Program-made: the position numbers and the translations under genes
Shown here: piece by piece, positions 62,546 through 64,000 of the stretch
Position numbering within the stretch: the first letter of the stretch is position 1
Layout of the letters: each line of letters opens with the position of its first letter
Assembly: GCA_965226065.1 (NCBI GenBank)
Contig: OZ245332.1
Span: forward strand, 809,651 to 873,650
Reading direction: 5' to 3'
From: Spirochaetia bacterium
GTDB lineage: Bacteria; Spirochaetota; Spirochaetia; WTKD01; G963693115
DNA: 64,000 nucleotides
The notes under the pieces: generated by a model
Databases searched by the model: none
Seen by the model: the letters and a program-made list of their open reading frames with translations, nothing else
What the model was told of the DNA's origin: nothing

Positions 62546-63616
62546 ATGAATATGAAAAAACAGAATGTATATATAAGCATGGTACTGATACTTGCACTAA
62601 TTGTATTTGTAGGATGTGGATCACCAAAGAATGAACAGACGAATGCATCTACTGATGAAGGTAACACCTCACAATATGAGTGGACCTTTCAATCATCGGA
62701 TCAACCTGGTGACGTTGCTTTTAAAATTCAAGAAGCATGGGCAACACTCGTAAAAAAAGCATCGGGAGGAAGAATAGAAATTACTATTGCAGCGGCAGGT
62801 TCTCTCGTCGAGCACAATCAAACGCTTGATGCAGTAGGAACGAATATCATACAAGGGGACATAACCGATCCCTCTTATTTTGCAGGAAAGGACGCAGCAT
62901 TTGCACTCTATGGAAATATGATAGGTGCGTGGGAAAAACCCGAGGATATGCTGAGATTTATATATTTTGGCGGTGGCTTTGAGGTTGTAAACGAGCTTTT
63001 AAATACCTATGGCGTGGAGCTCTTGGGTATAAGTACTGTGGGAACTGAAGCGTTTGTCTCAAAGATTCCCATTAGAAATATTGACGATCTGAAGGGAGTA
63101 AAACTTCGTGCTCCTGAAGGATTGGTGCAAGACTTATTCAAGGCACTTGGGGCTTCGCCTGTAAACCTTCCTGGCTCTGAGGTATACACTTCTTTAGAAA
63201 AAGGTGTGATAGATGCTTCGGACTACAGTATCTTCGCACGTAATCAAGCACAGGGTATGAACGACATTGGCAAGTATCCTATCTATCCAGGATGGCACTC
63301 TACGCCTGCTAATCAACTGACCATCAACAAGGAGATATACGATTCCCTGCCCGAAGATTTACAAGGGATATTACAAGCATCTGCAGCCTATTACAGCGAG
63401 TTCTTTTTGATGAAACATACAGACATTGACCGCATATCAATAAAAGAAGCGTACGATAAGAATACCACAATCATTTCTTGGAGTCCTACAGAAATTCAGA
63501 AAGTACGAGAGACCGCATCGAAACTATGGGTAAAGTGGGCAAAGAAATCTCCCCTTGCTCAAAAGTACTACGACACGGTGATACGATATCTCAAAGCACA
63601 GGGTATGCTCAGGTAA
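62546..63616 (+). CDS. TRAP transporter substrate-binding protein (DctP family) lipoprotein
   Basis: Lipobox LIVFVGCG. DctP-type region DLKGVKLRAPEGLVQDLFKALGASPVNLPGSEVYTSLEKGVIDASDYS. Confidence 0.65.
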   Translation: MNMKKQNVYISMVLILALIVFVGCGSPKNEQTNASTDEGNTSQYEWTFQSSDQPGDVAFKIQEAWATLVKKASGGRIEITIAAAGSLVEHNQTLDAVGTNIIQGDITDPSYFAGKDAAFALYGNMIGAWEKPEDMLRFIYFGGGFEVVNELLNTYGVELLGISTVGTEAFVSKIPIRNIDDLKGVKLRAPEGLVQDLFKALGASPVNLPGSEVYTSLEKGVIDASDYSIFARNQAQGMNDIGKYPIYPGWHSTPANQLTINKEIYDSLPEDLQGILQASAAYYSEFFLMKHTDIDRISIKEAYDKNTTIISWSPTEIQKVRETASKLWVKWAKKSPLAQKYYDTVIRYLKAQGMLR

Positions 63617-63619
63617 GAC

Positions 63620-64000
63620 ATGCAGCGTATCGGTGCTTTTTCACGCTCTTTTGATAAGGGGATTATCAAAGGGGGTGAATGCTTATCGTGGGTATATCTT
63701 TTCATTGTAGGCATTTCTGTATATGAAGTGTTCATGCGTTATGTGTTTCATCGTCCTACTACGTGGGTACACGAAACGAGCATCGCTCTTGCAGGAGTAT
63801 GCATGATCTATGGTGGCTTGTACGCATATGCGAAGGACAAACACATAAGCATTACCATACTCACCGATGTGATGAGTACGGTATGGCAACGAGTATTCAT
63901 ATTATTTTCCGATGTCGTTGGCTTGTGTTATATTGCAATCTTAACAATTGCAAGCGTGTTTATGGCAAAGCAAGCGGTGTTCGCTCCTGACGGAAGTATA
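63620..64000 (+). CDS. TRAP transporter small permease (DctQ-like), 5' part; continues beyond window
   Basis: ATG at 63620. MQRIGAFSRSFDKGIIKGGECLSWVYLFIVGISVYEVFMRYVF... Four-TM small permease pattern directly after the SBP gene. Confidence 0.6.
   Translation, partial: MQRIGAFSRSFDKGIIKGGECLSWVYLFIVGISVYEVFMRYVFHRPTTWVHETSIALAGVCMIYGGLYAYAKDKHISITILTDVMSTVWQRVFILFSDVVGLCYIAILTIASVFMAKQAVFAPDGSI

Overview
This 64 kb window reads like the chromosome of a low-GC spirochete, most plausibly a Treponema-like organism. The evidence is indirect. Lipoprotein signal peptides end in FISC or VSC lipoboxes. The prolyl-tRNA synthetase is the archaeal/eukaryotic type. groEL has no adjacent groES. A class Ia nrdAB pair and a large single-chain purL are present. 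Standard genetic code is used.

The housekeeping backbone is: topA (partial), an ABC importer, glpF, a Mur-ligase/CMP-kinase fusion, nrdBA, ligA, lipA, prfA, prmC, tpx, serS, proS, purL, groEL, xylA, ushA-like, a DASS symporter and a TRAP transporter.

This backbone is interrupted by a large accessory region at roughly 23.1-27.9 kb and 34.6-42.6 kb. It holds a multigene family of surface lipoproteins. Each of five paralogues begins with the same module of about 150 bp promoter/RBS followed by about 600 bp of signal peptide plus an FN3-like domain. Each carries a (TA)n tract inside the first codons, with lengths 13, 11, 12, 11 and 12. Only one copy is in frame: a 969-aa protein with three near-identical 178-aa repeats and a C-terminal DUF285/BspA-like repeat array. 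The other copies are frame-shifted, truncated, or fused to the upstream regions of four small Ig-like-repeat lipoprotein genes. A promoterless mosaic fragment is also present. The two clusters lie in inverted orientation and flank serS, a NeuB-like gene, a pseudogene graveyard and proS. I read this as a candidate slipped-strand plus recombination-driven surface-variation system.

Other notable items are a 22-copy 30-bp tandem repeat next to a Fic gene, a YidC-insertase/LtaS-like sulfatase fusion in a TagF-like/LicC-like cluster, and decayed ALDH, dipeptidase and BCCT genes.
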